From: a virus
Direction: 5' to 3' (one strand)
Length of the DNA: 64,000 nucleotides
IMG/VR virus record: IMGVR_UViG_3300010354_000067
Location: 1-64,000 of that record
Under the pieces are notes generated by a model. The model had not been told where the DNA came from. It ran no database searches and saw only the letters and a program-made list of their open reading frames with translations. Positions within the stretch are counted from its first letter, which is position 1. Each line of letters opens with the position of its first letter. The translations under genes and the position numbers were made by a program. Of this stretch, positions 10,378-21,000 are shown piece by piece.

Positions 10378-10821
10378 ATGTCGGATTTTTCTACAATGAC
10401 GGTCGCTCAACTTAAATCATATGCAGATGATAATGATATTGACTTGGGAGATGCAAAGAGAAAGTCAGAGATTCTTGGAATTATTAATGGATTTACTGTA
10501 AAGGTAGAAGAGCAGAAGATTATCGGATCAGATAAGATTGTTACAGAAAAGAGAATCCCAAAGTCTGCAACAAAGGCAGATGAAAATGGAATTATGACAA
10601 CAGCAACTGCTGATAATTTTAAGGATAAGACTTTTTCAAAGTCTGAGCCAGATAATTCAAAGACAGCAATTCATTCAGAAAAGAACCTTCACTGGAATGG
10701 CGTTGGATCTTTAAAGAAGGGTTACAATATTGTTACAAAGGAGGTAGCCGAAAAGTGGCTTACTCGCAGGGGTATTCGTCAAGCAACTCCTGAAGAAGTA
10801 GCGTCATATTACGGTCTATAA
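10378..10821 (+). CDS. protein with N-terminal HeH/LEM (Rho-N-like) domain
   Basis: MTVAQLKSYADDNDIDLGDAKRKSEIL pattern; typical position after the capsid gene. Confidence 0.6.
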   Translation: MSDFSTMTVAQLKSYADDNDIDLGDAKRKSEILGIINGFTVKVEEQKIIGSDKIVTEKRIPKSATKADENGIMTTATADNFKDKTFSKSEPDNSKTAIHSEKNLHWNGVGSLKKGYNIVTKEVAEKWLTRRGIRQATPEEVASYYGL

Positions 10822-10822
10822 A

Positions 10823-11785
10823 ATGGATATATTACGTCAAACACCATTTCCATTGCAGGTTTCATATGATGGATTTGCAAATAACACAGACTATGCTCTA
10901 GAAATTTATGACGATCACACAAATTTGGTTGAATCATATGTCGTAACCTCTAATGGTTCTGGAGTAATTACTTACGATCTTGTTGGAGATTTTGAAAAGT
11001 TTGACGATACATACTCTCTTTATATTTATACCCTTGATCTTAATGATGAACCAGATGAAACAGTTCTCATTGACAATCTTTATATTTATAGGCCATACAT
11101 AAATCCTCTTTCACTAGCAGATACCCCAGGAGAAGAAGAAGAGTATATTAATTTAGAAAAAACAGCGAGACAAATAATAGATACCCTGGTGGGTGGATTC
11201 TATTATCAAAGGGGAGAAGTAGAAACCGTTGGTTTGGGTGCAGACTATTTAGCATTACCAAGAAGAGCAAATAAAATAAACAGTGTATATGAAAATAACG
11301 TAAAGGTATATGACAGAATAGATCCAATTGACGGACAGTATACATATGTTATTTCTCCTGATAAGAGTGCAATGACTATCCAAGTAACTGGAACAGAGTC
11401 CTACAATCGTATGCAGGGTAAGTCTGTTCATCTACCAGTCGCAGCATCTGATTCCTTTATGCTTTATGGAGATGACTATGATGCCGTAACTGCCCTGACA
11501 GAAATCAGGGGGGCAGCAATGTTTCCAAAGGACTGGGACTACACTGTTTATGGAGAGTGGGGTTGGCCCGTAGTACCGCAGGATATTAGAGATGCAACAA
11601 AGATGCTTATCAATGATATCAAGTGCAATAATCTTTCATATGTAAACAAGTATATAACAGAATATCAAACTGATCAGTTCAGAATAAAGTATTCAGATCT
11701 TTCTCTGAAGGGAACTGGCAATCTAATTGTTGACAGAATTTTAGAAAATTATACAATTCCCATTTATAAAATAGGAGTGTTATAA
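10823..11785 (+). CDS. head-tail adaptor/connector
   Basis: ARQIID..G, YGEWGWPVVPQDIRDAT and VDRILENY motifs; synteny. Confidence 0.7.
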   Translation: MDILRQTPFPLQVSYDGFANNTDYALEIYDDHTNLVESYVVTSNGSGVITYDLVGDFEKFDDTYSLYIYTLDLNDEPDETVLIDNLYIYRPYINPLSLADTPGEEEEYINLEKTARQIIDTLVGGFYYQRGEVETVGLGADYLALPRRANKINSVYENNVKVYDRIDPIDGQYTYVISPDKSAMTIQVTGTESYNRMQGKSVHLPVAASDSFMLYGDDYDAVTALTEIRGAAMFPKDWDYTVYGEWGWPVVPQDIRDATKMLINDIKCNNLSYVNKYITEYQTDQFRIKYSDLSLKGTGNLIVDRILENYTIPIYKIGVL

Positions 11786-12235
11786 ATGCTATGCTGTCAC
11801 GAGACACTGTTTTCAATGAAGATGGACATATATTATGCAACAGAGTCTCAGGACAGATTTGGTAAAGAGGTAAAGACTTGGGAGTTTGACAGATCTTTGC
11901 TTGGTTATGCAGAAATTCTTGGATCAGTAAGTAAGGATGGACTTAAGGCATCACAATTTTTTGAATATGAAGGAAAATTGATCGGTAGATCAAAGCAAGA
12001 TCCCAGAGTATCTATTGAAGGAATAAACTATCCAATAACAAGCATAATTATTACTGATATTAGAGATGCTGGAACTGATACACAGTTTTATACAGAGTCA
12101 TATGGCGAAAGAGCGGGAGAGTCAACTATCTTTGAAATAATGGCAGTTGAGCCATACGTTAATCCATGGAACCAAATTGAATACTATAAGATATTATTCA
12201 ATAGATCTGATAAGCAGGTGATTGTCAGTGATTAA
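11786..12235 (+). CDS. head closure/stopper protein
   Basis: QDRFGKEVKTW-type N-terminus; synteny. Confidence 0.55.
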   Translation: MLCCHETLFSMKMDIYYATESQDRFGKEVKTWEFDRSLLGYAEILGSVSKDGLKASQFFEYEGKLIGRSKQDPRVSIEGINYPITSIIITDIRDAGTDTQFYTESYGERAGESTIFEIMAVEPYVNPWNQIEYYKILFNRSDKQVIVSD

Positions 12236-12908
12236 AACAAACTTCGACACACGAAACCTAAGCAAAATTTTAGGCAATACAGTAAAGTATTCAAATGGTT
12301 TTATTGATGGAATAAATATTTCTCAAACAAATTTTAATAAAGATTTAGGAAACTTTATCAAAGATGCTTTGAATAAATATATTGATGCAAAAGCCAGATC
12401 AAATCCAGAATCCTTTCATCACATATACGAATGGGAAATGACTGGTCAGCCAAATGGCAGACTATTTGATTTTTCAATTTCTTATACAAAAAATTTAATA
12501 AAGTTTACTGGTAAACTGCTTCCATCTAGAACCCCCTCCCCTAACTCTGGAGATGTTTTTAGGGATAAAGCAACAATTATGGAAGACTCGGTTACAATAA
12601 CTATTGAACCAAAAGATGCAAATGTTTTGGTTTTCGAAAATGATGGGGAAACAATTTTTACATCGGCTTCAGTCACCATAGAAAATCCAGGAGGGGCAGA
12701 AGTTGGTGGTAGTTTTGAAAATGCAATACAAGATTTTTTCAATAATTATATTAGTGCTGGACTATTAAGGGGATCTGGAATTTTTGATAAACTTGGATAT
12801 CCAAGAGAATACTTACAAAAATTTTCTCAAGGAACAAAATACGGTAAAAATCCAGGCATCGTTGCTGGTAAAGAATATCTAAACATAAGGGGAATTGGTA
12901 TAGAATGA
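12228..12908 (+). CDS. neck/tail completion protein (putative)
   Basis: Synteny; GTG start after AGGTG (TTG 12222 is the alternative). Confidence 0.5.
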   Translation: MIKTNFDTRNLSKILGNTVKYSNGFIDGINISQTNFNKDLGNFIKDALNKYIDAKARSNPESFHHIYEWEMTGQPNGRLFDFSISYTKNLIKFTGKLLPSRTPSPNSGDVFRDKATIMEDSVTITIEPKDANVLVFENDGETIFTSASVTIENPGGAEVGGSFENAIQDFFNNYISAGLLRGSGIFDKLGYPREYLQKFSQGTKYGKNPGIVAGKEYLNIRGIGIE

Positions 12909-13432
12909 GTTTTGCTGACTTAGGAGTAGCACCACTTGCAGTAAATGGTTATTTGTGGGATACTATGAAGGCAATTGAACCTACTCTTCAAAATAAGTAT
13001 AAAACAAAAGTTCCAATTTTTCCTCTTAGTGATCAGGCATCGGGAACAAAGTCTTGGGAAAACAAGACGTATATCATTTATGATAGAATGTTTAAACTTG
13101 GTGGTGGACCATTTTATCCAAAGAAGAAAGAGCAACTTCTTTATTATGTTAAAGGAAATGAAGAAGATACCTTTTTGTGGGGGGCAGCATTACAAACTAT
13201 TTTAGATAGAATGGACGATGCTGGAAAAGATATTAATCAGTGGATTAGGGAAAATGGTGGAAACGATGCTTTTCCAGTATTCTTTCATTATTTGAGAATT
13301 TATCAAACAGATTCATCAATTTCATCATCCTCTGAAATGAAACGAGACTTCTCCTCTAGAGCATACTATATAACAGAATTTGTTATTGATATATGTTATC
13401 ACTATACAAAGTCCCTTGAAGACTATTTATAA
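12905..13432 (+). CDS. tail terminator (putative)
   Basis: Immediately before the major tail gene; size and beta-strand C-terminus fit. Confidence 0.5.
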   Translation: MSFADLGVAPLAVNGYLWDTMKAIEPTLQNKYKTKVPIFPLSDQASGTKSWENKTYIIYDRMFKLGGGPFYPKKKEQLLYYVKGNEEDTFLWGAALQTILDRMDDAGKDINQWIRENGGNDAFPVFFHYLRIYQTDSSISSSSEMKRDFSSRAYYITEFVIDICYHYTKSLEDYL

Positions 13433-13508
13433 AAAGTCCTGTATAATAGGAAATGAGGAAACACCCCATAGTTAACACAAATAACTATGGAAGTAGAGGT
13501 GAAAAAGT

Positions 13509-14189
13509 ATGGCATATACACGCGGAGATTCTAAGAACATTATTGTTGGCGCAGCCGCAATGTTCGTTTCAACAGGAGCAGAGTTTGATCCAGATACAGT
13601 AGTCTTCCCAGACTTTGTTGAGGACGATTCTTACCTTGACACTCTTACTGATTCAGTAGAGGGTCAGGCTCTCGTTCGTAACATTGGCTTCACAACCAAT
13701 GGTCTTGAGTTGCAGTTCCAGCCAGATTTTGGTGAGGTGCAGGTAGACCAGTTGCTTGACGTTGCAAAGTTGTACAAGCAGGGTATGCAGGTTAACCTTG
13801 CTACAGCATTCGCAGAGGCAACTCTTGAGAACCTTCTTGTTGCAATCGCAGCACCATCAGGTGACTATGATGCAAGCGTCACATTGGACAGCCCAATGGA
13901 CACAGGAACAATTTCTCAGGCTTCAACACTTGAACTAACATCAGGTGCTATTGGAGAATGTCCTGTAGAGCGTGGACTCGTTGCAGTAGGCCCAGGCACA
14001 GGTGACTGTGATCCTAACGCCTACATTGAGCGTATCTACGTTGCATACCGTGCGCTGTCAATTGACAACGTAACAGTATCAGCAAAGCGCGACGAGGCCT
14101 CAATGTTTGAGGTTTCATTCCGTTTGCTTCCTGCAAACAATGGCTCATATGGAAAGATTGTTGACCGCACAGTCAACAGCACTACCTGA
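13509..14189 (+). CDS. major tail tube protein
   Basis: NIIVGAA, IGFTTNGLELQFQPD, VDQLLD and AEATLENL motifs; GAGGTG SD. Confidence 0.85.
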   Translation: MAYTRGDSKNIIVGAAAMFVSTGAEFDPDTVVFPDFVEDDSYLDTLTDSVEGQALVRNIGFTTNGLELQFQPDFGEVQVDQLLDVAKLYKQGMQVNLATAFAEATLENLLVAIAAPSGDYDASVTLDSPMDTGTISQASTLELTSGAIGECPVERGLVAVGPGTGDCDPNAYIERIYVAYRALSIDNVTVSAKRDEASMFEVSFRLLPANNGSYGKIVDRTVNSTT

Positions 14190-14213
14190 TAAAAAATAAC
14201 TTAATAGTCGATT

Positions 14214-14238
14214 GCCCCTCTGGAAACAGGGGGGCTTT
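14214..14238 (+). terminator. intrinsic terminator
   Basis: GCCCCTCTG-GAAA-CAGGGGGGC-TTT. Confidence 0.75.
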
Positions 14239-14243
14239 CGTCA

Positions 14244-14252
14244 TGCTATAAT
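14244..14252 (+). promoter_or_regulatory. extended -10 promoter
   Basis: TGCTATAAT, then AAAGGA SD and ATG 14280. Confidence 0.7.
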
Positions 14253-14279
14253 TGTGTAACCAAAAAGAAAGGATAAATT

Positions 14280-14615
14280 ATGGCAACGTCAGTTTATGAA
14301 ACATCTGAAATTGAACTTTTGGATGGTACAAAGATTAAGATGCGACCACTGAAGATTTCTCTTCTTCGTGAATTTATGAAGAAGTTTGAGGGTATTGCAA
14401 AGGTTTCAGAAAGCAATGATAAGTCAATGGATATTCTTATTGATTGTGTTCAAATTGCTATGAAGCAGTATGCGCCAGATCTTTCTACAGATCGTGAAAG
14501 ACTTGAGGACAATATTGATCTTCCAAGTGTATATAAGGTAGTAGAGGCAGCATCGGGAATCAAGTTTGATGACGAGGGAAACGCACAGGCGACGGGGATT
14601 CGTGGTCAGATCTAG
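14280..14615 (+). CDS. tail assembly chaperone (gpG-like)
   Basis: Between tail tube and tape measure genes; slippery site near the 3' end. Confidence 0.85.
   Translation: MATSVYETSEIELLDGTKIKMRPLKISLLREFMKKFEGIAKVSESNDKSMDILIDCVQIAMKQYAPDLSTDRERLEDNIDLPSVYKVVEAASGIKFDDEGNAQATGIRGQI
14576..14582 (+). other. -1 programmed ribosomal frameshift heptamer G GGA AAC
   Basis: XXXYYYZ in the correct phase; the -1 frame is open from 14576 to the stop at 14974. Confidence 0.85.
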
Positions 14616-14974
14616 ATCTTGCTGATCTAGAGTCTAAAGCGTTCCTACTTGGAATCTGGAAAGATTTTTCAGAATTAGAAGATTCTGTTTCTATGCCAGA
14701 ACTTGTTGCAATCCTCGTCGCTAAGTCAGAAAAAGATAATCAAGATAGAAAGTTTTTTGCTGCTCTCCAAGGGGTTGATCTTGATAAGAATTCTGGATCT
14801 AATTCTCAGAAAAAATGGGAAGATCTAAAAGCAAGAGCCTTTAGCAAGGGTTCTGTTACAGACTCTAATGATATAGTTTCACTCCAAGGGCAGACCGCAA
14901 AGCAAAAGGGTTTCGGCATAGGTAGAGGACTTGAATATTCAAATGCCAACACACTTAAAAACCCATTTGGTTAG
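14576..14974 (+). CDS. tail assembly chaperone frameshift extension (gpGT C-terminal part)
   Basis: -1 frame reads KRTGDGDSWSDLDLADLESKAFLLGIWKDF... into the track ORF 14693-14974. Confidence 0.8.
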   Translation, partial: GKRTGDGDSWSDLDLADLESKAFLLGIWKDFSELEDSVSMPELVAILVAKSEKDNQDRKFFAALQGVDLDKNSGSNSQKKWEDLKARAFSKGSVTDSNDIVSLQGQTAKQKGFGIGRGLEYSNANTLKNPFG

Positions 14975-15001
14975 TGTATAATTATATAGAGGTGCAGACC
15001 C

Positions 15002-18000
15002 TTGGCTGATAATGTAAATGCAAATATTAGAGTTGATTTAGACACCTCTGATGCGCTTGCGTCCCTAAGAAATCTTCAAAATCAAATATCTTTATTTAAT
15101 AAATCTGTTATACAAAGCAATGCTACAGCCGTGGCAGCGCAAAAGAGTATGCTGTCTACGCTTTCTGCCCAAATTGATTCAACAAGACAATTTACCGCAT
15201 CAATGGTAAATGTTGAAACTAGTGTTTCAAGACTTGGTAGGACAATTGATAAAAATAAACTATCTCTTGGTGAATATTTTAGATATGGTGTGGCCTCAAG
15301 TAAAAGTTTTGGCAGGGTGTTTGGAAGAGAACACACTGCAATTATGGAACTTGCAGCAGATAGAGTAAAAAGACTACAAACCCAGTACGTTGCTATGGGT
15401 CAAGCACAAAATGGTGTAATGAAGGCAATGGCTATTAGGCCAATGAACTTGTTCAATGCAGATGCCGCAGTAGCCATACAAAGACAACAAATTTTTAACA
15501 AACTTCTTCATGATGGAAGCACAAGCCTTATCAACTTTGGTAAAAATACTCAGTGGGCTGGCCGACAACTTATGGTCGGCTTTACTGTACCCTTGACAAT
15601 TTTTGGAGGAATGGCTGGAAAAATTTTCATGGATCTGGAAAGGCAAATTGTAAACTTCCGTAGGGTTTATGGAGATGCTACTACACCTCTAGAAGAAACA
15701 AATGGAATGATTTTGCAAATTCAAGAACTTGCAAAAGAATTTACAAAATATGGTATTGCTGTAAGGGATACCATTGCTCTTGCTTCAGACGCTGCTGCCG
15801 CTGGCGCACAAGGAAAAGATCTTCTTGCTGCAACGGCTGAGGCAACCAGGTTGTCTACACTGGGCATGATTGATCAGCAACAAGCGCTTACAGCAACCAT
15901 TGCTCTTCAGTCAGCATTTGGACTAAGTGCTGAAAAACTTGCTGAATCAGTAAACTTCTTGAACGCAGTAGAAAACCAAACGGTTGTGTCTCTTGCAGAT
16001 ATTACTGAGGCAATTCCTAAAGTTGCTCCAGTTATCAAGGGCTTGGGCGGAGATGTTGAAGACCTTGCAGTATTCATGGCAGCACTTAGAGAGGGTGGTG
16101 TAACGGCGGCAGAAGGAGCAAACGCACTAAAGTCTGGTTTAGCATCACTTATTAATCCAACAAAGAATGCAAGGGAGCAACTTGCAAAAGTAGGAATTAA
16201 TATTGATGCAATACTAAAGACTAATAAGGGTGATATACAAGGAACAGTAAGAGCATTTGGGGATGCATTAATGACCCTTGGTAAATTTGAGCGTCAGCAA
16301 ACATTGGCTAAAGTTTTTGGAAAATATCAGTTTGCTAGACTTGGTGCATTATTTGAAAATATTTCTAGAGATGCATCACAGGCACAAAGAGTAGTAGATC
16401 TTACAGGAATGAGTGTCGAAGAACTAGGAAATCTTGCAGAGAAAGAACTCGGTGCTATTGAAGAATCCATTGGGGTTAAGTTTACGGGTGCTGTAGAAAG
16501 ACTTAAACTTGCAATTGCTCCAATAGGAGAAGCGTTTTTAAGAGTTGCTACGCCAATAATTGAATTTGCTACAAAGTTAGCAGAAAAATTTAATGAACTT
16601 GGTCCAAATGTTAAAAATTTTGTCGTTGTTCTTGCTGCTGGTCTAGGAGTTGTAGTTCCAACAATAATCATGCTTATAGGTTTGTTTGCTAACTTTGCAG
16701 GAAATGCTGTAAAGGGTTTGTCATTAATGAATAACTTCTTTAATAGATTAAAGGGGGGCGCTGGAACTCTTGATTATTTAAGTGGCGAACAACTTGATGC
16801 CGCTGCTGCTGCTGCTTCACTAGAGGGCCAAACATCATCCCTTACTGGGGCGCTTAACGTACAAAGAAACGCCGTAGACCAACTTGCTAAATCATATGGA
16901 AGATATATTACTGCTGCTCAAGCAGCCGCATCCAATTTACCTCAAGGATTTCGTGGACCAGCAAAAAGAATGGCATCTGGGGGATTAGTTAGTGGATCAG
17001 GAAACAAAGATACTGAGCCAGCCTTGTTAACACCTGGGGAATTTGTTATGAACCGTGGTGCCACAGAAAAATTTGGCCCAATTCTTGATGCAATGAATCG
17101 TGGAACAGTTAAGGGACTTCAAGAAGGAAGCAGATCTTCAAAGCAATCTGGTGCCGCATCTAGACAATTTAAGTCGGGTGCTTTTGTACTCAGAGGACTT
17201 GGAGCAAATATTGGGGCAGGCGGTGCTGGATCAGGAATTCTATCAGATATCCTTGGAGTTAGTGCTAGAAGCATTGCTGATGTAACATCGCTATTTGTTT
17301 CAGAAATTTCTCAATCTGCTGGAGTAACAGTAAGTGCAATAAACAAGGAAATTAAGGCTTGGCAACAGCAAAATAGATCATATCTTGAGCAATTAAATAG
17401 ACAACTTGCAGATGCAATCATCAATAATGATGTAAAAGAGCAACAGAGATTGCTTGACGAAGCAAATTCAAAATTTGTTGCAGACATGAAGAGGTCTAGT
17501 GGACCACTTTCTAAATTTGCAACCGAAGCAGAAAGAAGATATCCAGAGTTAAGTGCTGATCTAGAAAATACTCAAAGAATTATTAGAAGCACTAAACTAA
17601 ACTTGTCTGATGCAAATCAATCTGCACAGTTTTTTGAAGAAAATATGAAAAAAACTGCTCTTCTTTCAAAACTAGGAAAACCAGGAACATATCAACCACA
17701 AGCAAGAGTTGCATCTGGAGCATTGCCATTTTTTGGTTCAGGCATAGGAATGGGTATTCCAGCACAACTTATTGATCCTAGAGTTAGGGCAACAGCAGGA
17801 AGAGAAACTTCCATGGGCCTATCTGCTGCACAATCTGCTGCACTTTATAGAGCAGGAACATCTGCTGAGCATGTTATGAAAACTCCTCAACAAGTAGCAA
17901 AAGAGGCAAGAACGCTAGCCGTTGTTGCTTCAAAATCAGCAGGAGGCACAATAATAAAAGAAATGCAAAAGGCTTCTGTTCGTGCAGGAAGCGTAATTGG

Positions 18001-21000
18001 TCCTAGTGTCATGAGAGGTGCTAGTGCTGCATCACCCCCACCATGGTCAACACAACTTGGTATGTGGATTGGCGAAGGCATTCAGCAAGGAATGACAACA
18101 AGCCTAGCAGACGTTTCTGCAAGACTAAAGCAACAAATGACTGGTCCAAATAGAGGATTTTTGCTTCCTGCGGGACCATCATCTCCTTTCCCTCAGGGAA
18201 ACATAAATGCTCCAATGAACAATATGTCAAATCAAACAAATCAGGCTGCTGGAGCAATGGCAAAAGTAAAGGTGGCAGCAGGAAATCTAGGAAGATCTTT
18301 GATGAAGGGTGGAGGCAAACTTAGTGGGGCAATGTTTGCCCTTGATGGCCTTGTGTTTGGCCTTTCTATGATGGATAATAGTATCGGTCAGTTTGCTCAA
18401 AATATTATGCCAGTGGTTTTCGGTTTACATGGACTAAAAATGGTTCTTCCCCTATTGGCTTCACCTGTTGGCCTTCTTGTGGGTGCTCTTGCTGCACTAA
18501 CAGCAGTCGTTATTGTTGGTAGAAATAGAATTGAGGAAGCCCTTGATGAAGCAGTAAATCGTGGAAAAGAAGCAGCAACGTCAATGAAGGATGTTGCAAG
18601 TATTGGAAAAATATTTGGAAAGTCCTTAAGAACTTTAAATGTTCAAAAAATAGGTTTTCAAACAGCACAAAAAACAAGGGCACAAGAATATTTTGCAACA
18701 GAAGAAGGTGCCGCTCAAATATCTGCTCTTTCTGAACAAAGAGCAACAATGGGTAGGGAAAAGTTTACTTTATCAATGGCACAAGATATTGCAACAGCAG
18801 CAATAACACAGGGACTTTCTGGAAAACAAATTGATGCATATATAAGTGCTGTAGCAGAAAAATTAAACGATAAGCAACTTTACTACAATTTAAGGGGGGA
18901 ATTGGTAGAACTTCTTGATCCAGAAAACAAAGAAGATATATTAAAGAATGGTCTATTAATTAAAGTAAAGGCTGAAACAGCAACAGAATTTTTGAAGGAA
19001 TCAATGCAAATTCCAAAAACAACACTTGATCAATTAAGAGCAGATATTGGACAAATTTATCGTGAGGCTACACCTAAAGGTGTTATGGAAACAGCAGTTT
19101 CAGAAGCAGATAGGCTTGCTCAAGAAATTCAAAAATTAGAGCAGGAAAGAGTTGATTTAGCAAATGCAATAGCAGAAGAGGGTCCAGGCGGTCCAGCAGA
19201 AACAAGATGGAAAGAATTGACATATATTATTATTCCAGAATTAACAAGACAAATGAATTCTGCATCAAGAGAAATAAATTATAATAACGTTGAACTTGAA
19301 GATAGAGCAATGGCACTAGAAAATGCTACTAAGTGGGGAGCAATTTTTGGAGAAAAACTATCTTTGTCAAATCAATTTTTAGCGTATCAGAAACAACTAC
19401 TTGATAGCGGAAAAATAAAACAAAAAGAATATAATAAGCAGATGGCAGAAGCAAATAAAGTAATTGCACAAAATACTGTGTCAATGAAGCAAGCAGCGAA
19501 ATCTCTACAGGGACTTGAGGATGGCGGAGAAGCACTGGGTGCTTTTATGAAGCAATTAGGGGATCAAATATTCGCAGGTTTAGACGAAGAGTTACGAACA
19601 AAGATTTCTGATGCACTAGCATCTATTAAAGATGTTTCCGCGTCTATTGATCTACAAGTTGCATATGCTCAAGGAAGTATAACTACACAAGATTTAATAG
19701 ATTTATCTTCTGTTGTTGATTCTTTTCCACCATTTGCAAGAACAGATTTAATTATTGCATACGGTAAAGGTTCGCTTACATCTGAAGAATTAGTCTATAT
19801 AAAAGATAATGCAGATGCACTCGTTGGACTTGATGGAACACAAATTGATTTCTTAATTTCTGTTAGTGGTCTAGATAATATGATAGCCGCTATAAATCTT
19901 ATGAAACAAGTTAATGCATTAGGACCAATTACTGATGCAAACTTTATGCAATATTCTGCATTGCAAAATCAATTGTCTGCCTTAGCAAAGGATATTCCAC
20001 AGCCCACCATGGGAGACACAGGAGATGATGGCCCGAAGCCACCACCACCTCCCCCAGGCGGTGACGGAGAAAAGACAAAATCTTGGCTTGAACAACTTAT
20101 AGCAGACACTGAAGCAACATTATCTTTATTGCCAGGAATGATTAATAAGATAAAGAGCAAATATCCTAATATTCCTGTACAAATTCTTGAGGCTATTGGA
20201 GTTGGAGAAGAGGGACAAAAAAGGGCGCAGGAAGTTCTTAACATGTCTGCTAATAAATTTAAAGAATTTATGGCAAAATACAGAGAAAGTTTAATCAGAA
20301 CATCACAAAGTGCCTTGGGCATAAAAGTTGCTCAGAGGGAACAACAAGATTTGGCAAAAATGCAGTTGCAGCAAACCACAGTTGATGGAAGAAAAGTTGA
20401 AAAACAAGTTATTGAAGATATTCTTCAAGACGAAGGAGCAATTGCTGCAATTCTTTCTAATAATGTAAAAAAGATTAATGAATATGTCCGTGAATACAGA
20501 AAGTTGCAAGAAGAGCAAGATCCTGTAAAAGAAAAAATTGAAGAAATTACAAAAGAAAATGAAAAAATTATAAAAGCAATTGATAAGCAAATTAAAAAGC
20601 AGCAAGATGTTGTAAAGGTAATTCAAGATCAAATTGATGCTCTTGAAAAGAAGAACGAAGAGGATCAGTGGTCTATTCGTGGCAAAGAAAGAGAAAAAGA
20701 ACTTATTGATAGGCAGATCGAATCTCTTGAGCGTGCCAACGAAATGGATCAAAGGCGTATAGATGTTCTTCAAAGACAAGATGAGTTGCGTAATAGAGAG
20801 GCAGATGCTTTAAATTATGAATTAGATGCAATGTCCTCTATTGAAGAAAAAATTAAAGAAACATATCAACAAAGAATAGACGCCCTTGATAAAGTAACTC
20901 AACTTAATGATCATATTCTTCAGCAGGAAAGACAGAGACTTGGACTTTCTCAAGCGCTATCTGAAGGAGATATTTATGCTGCTACTGCCGCTGCACAAGA

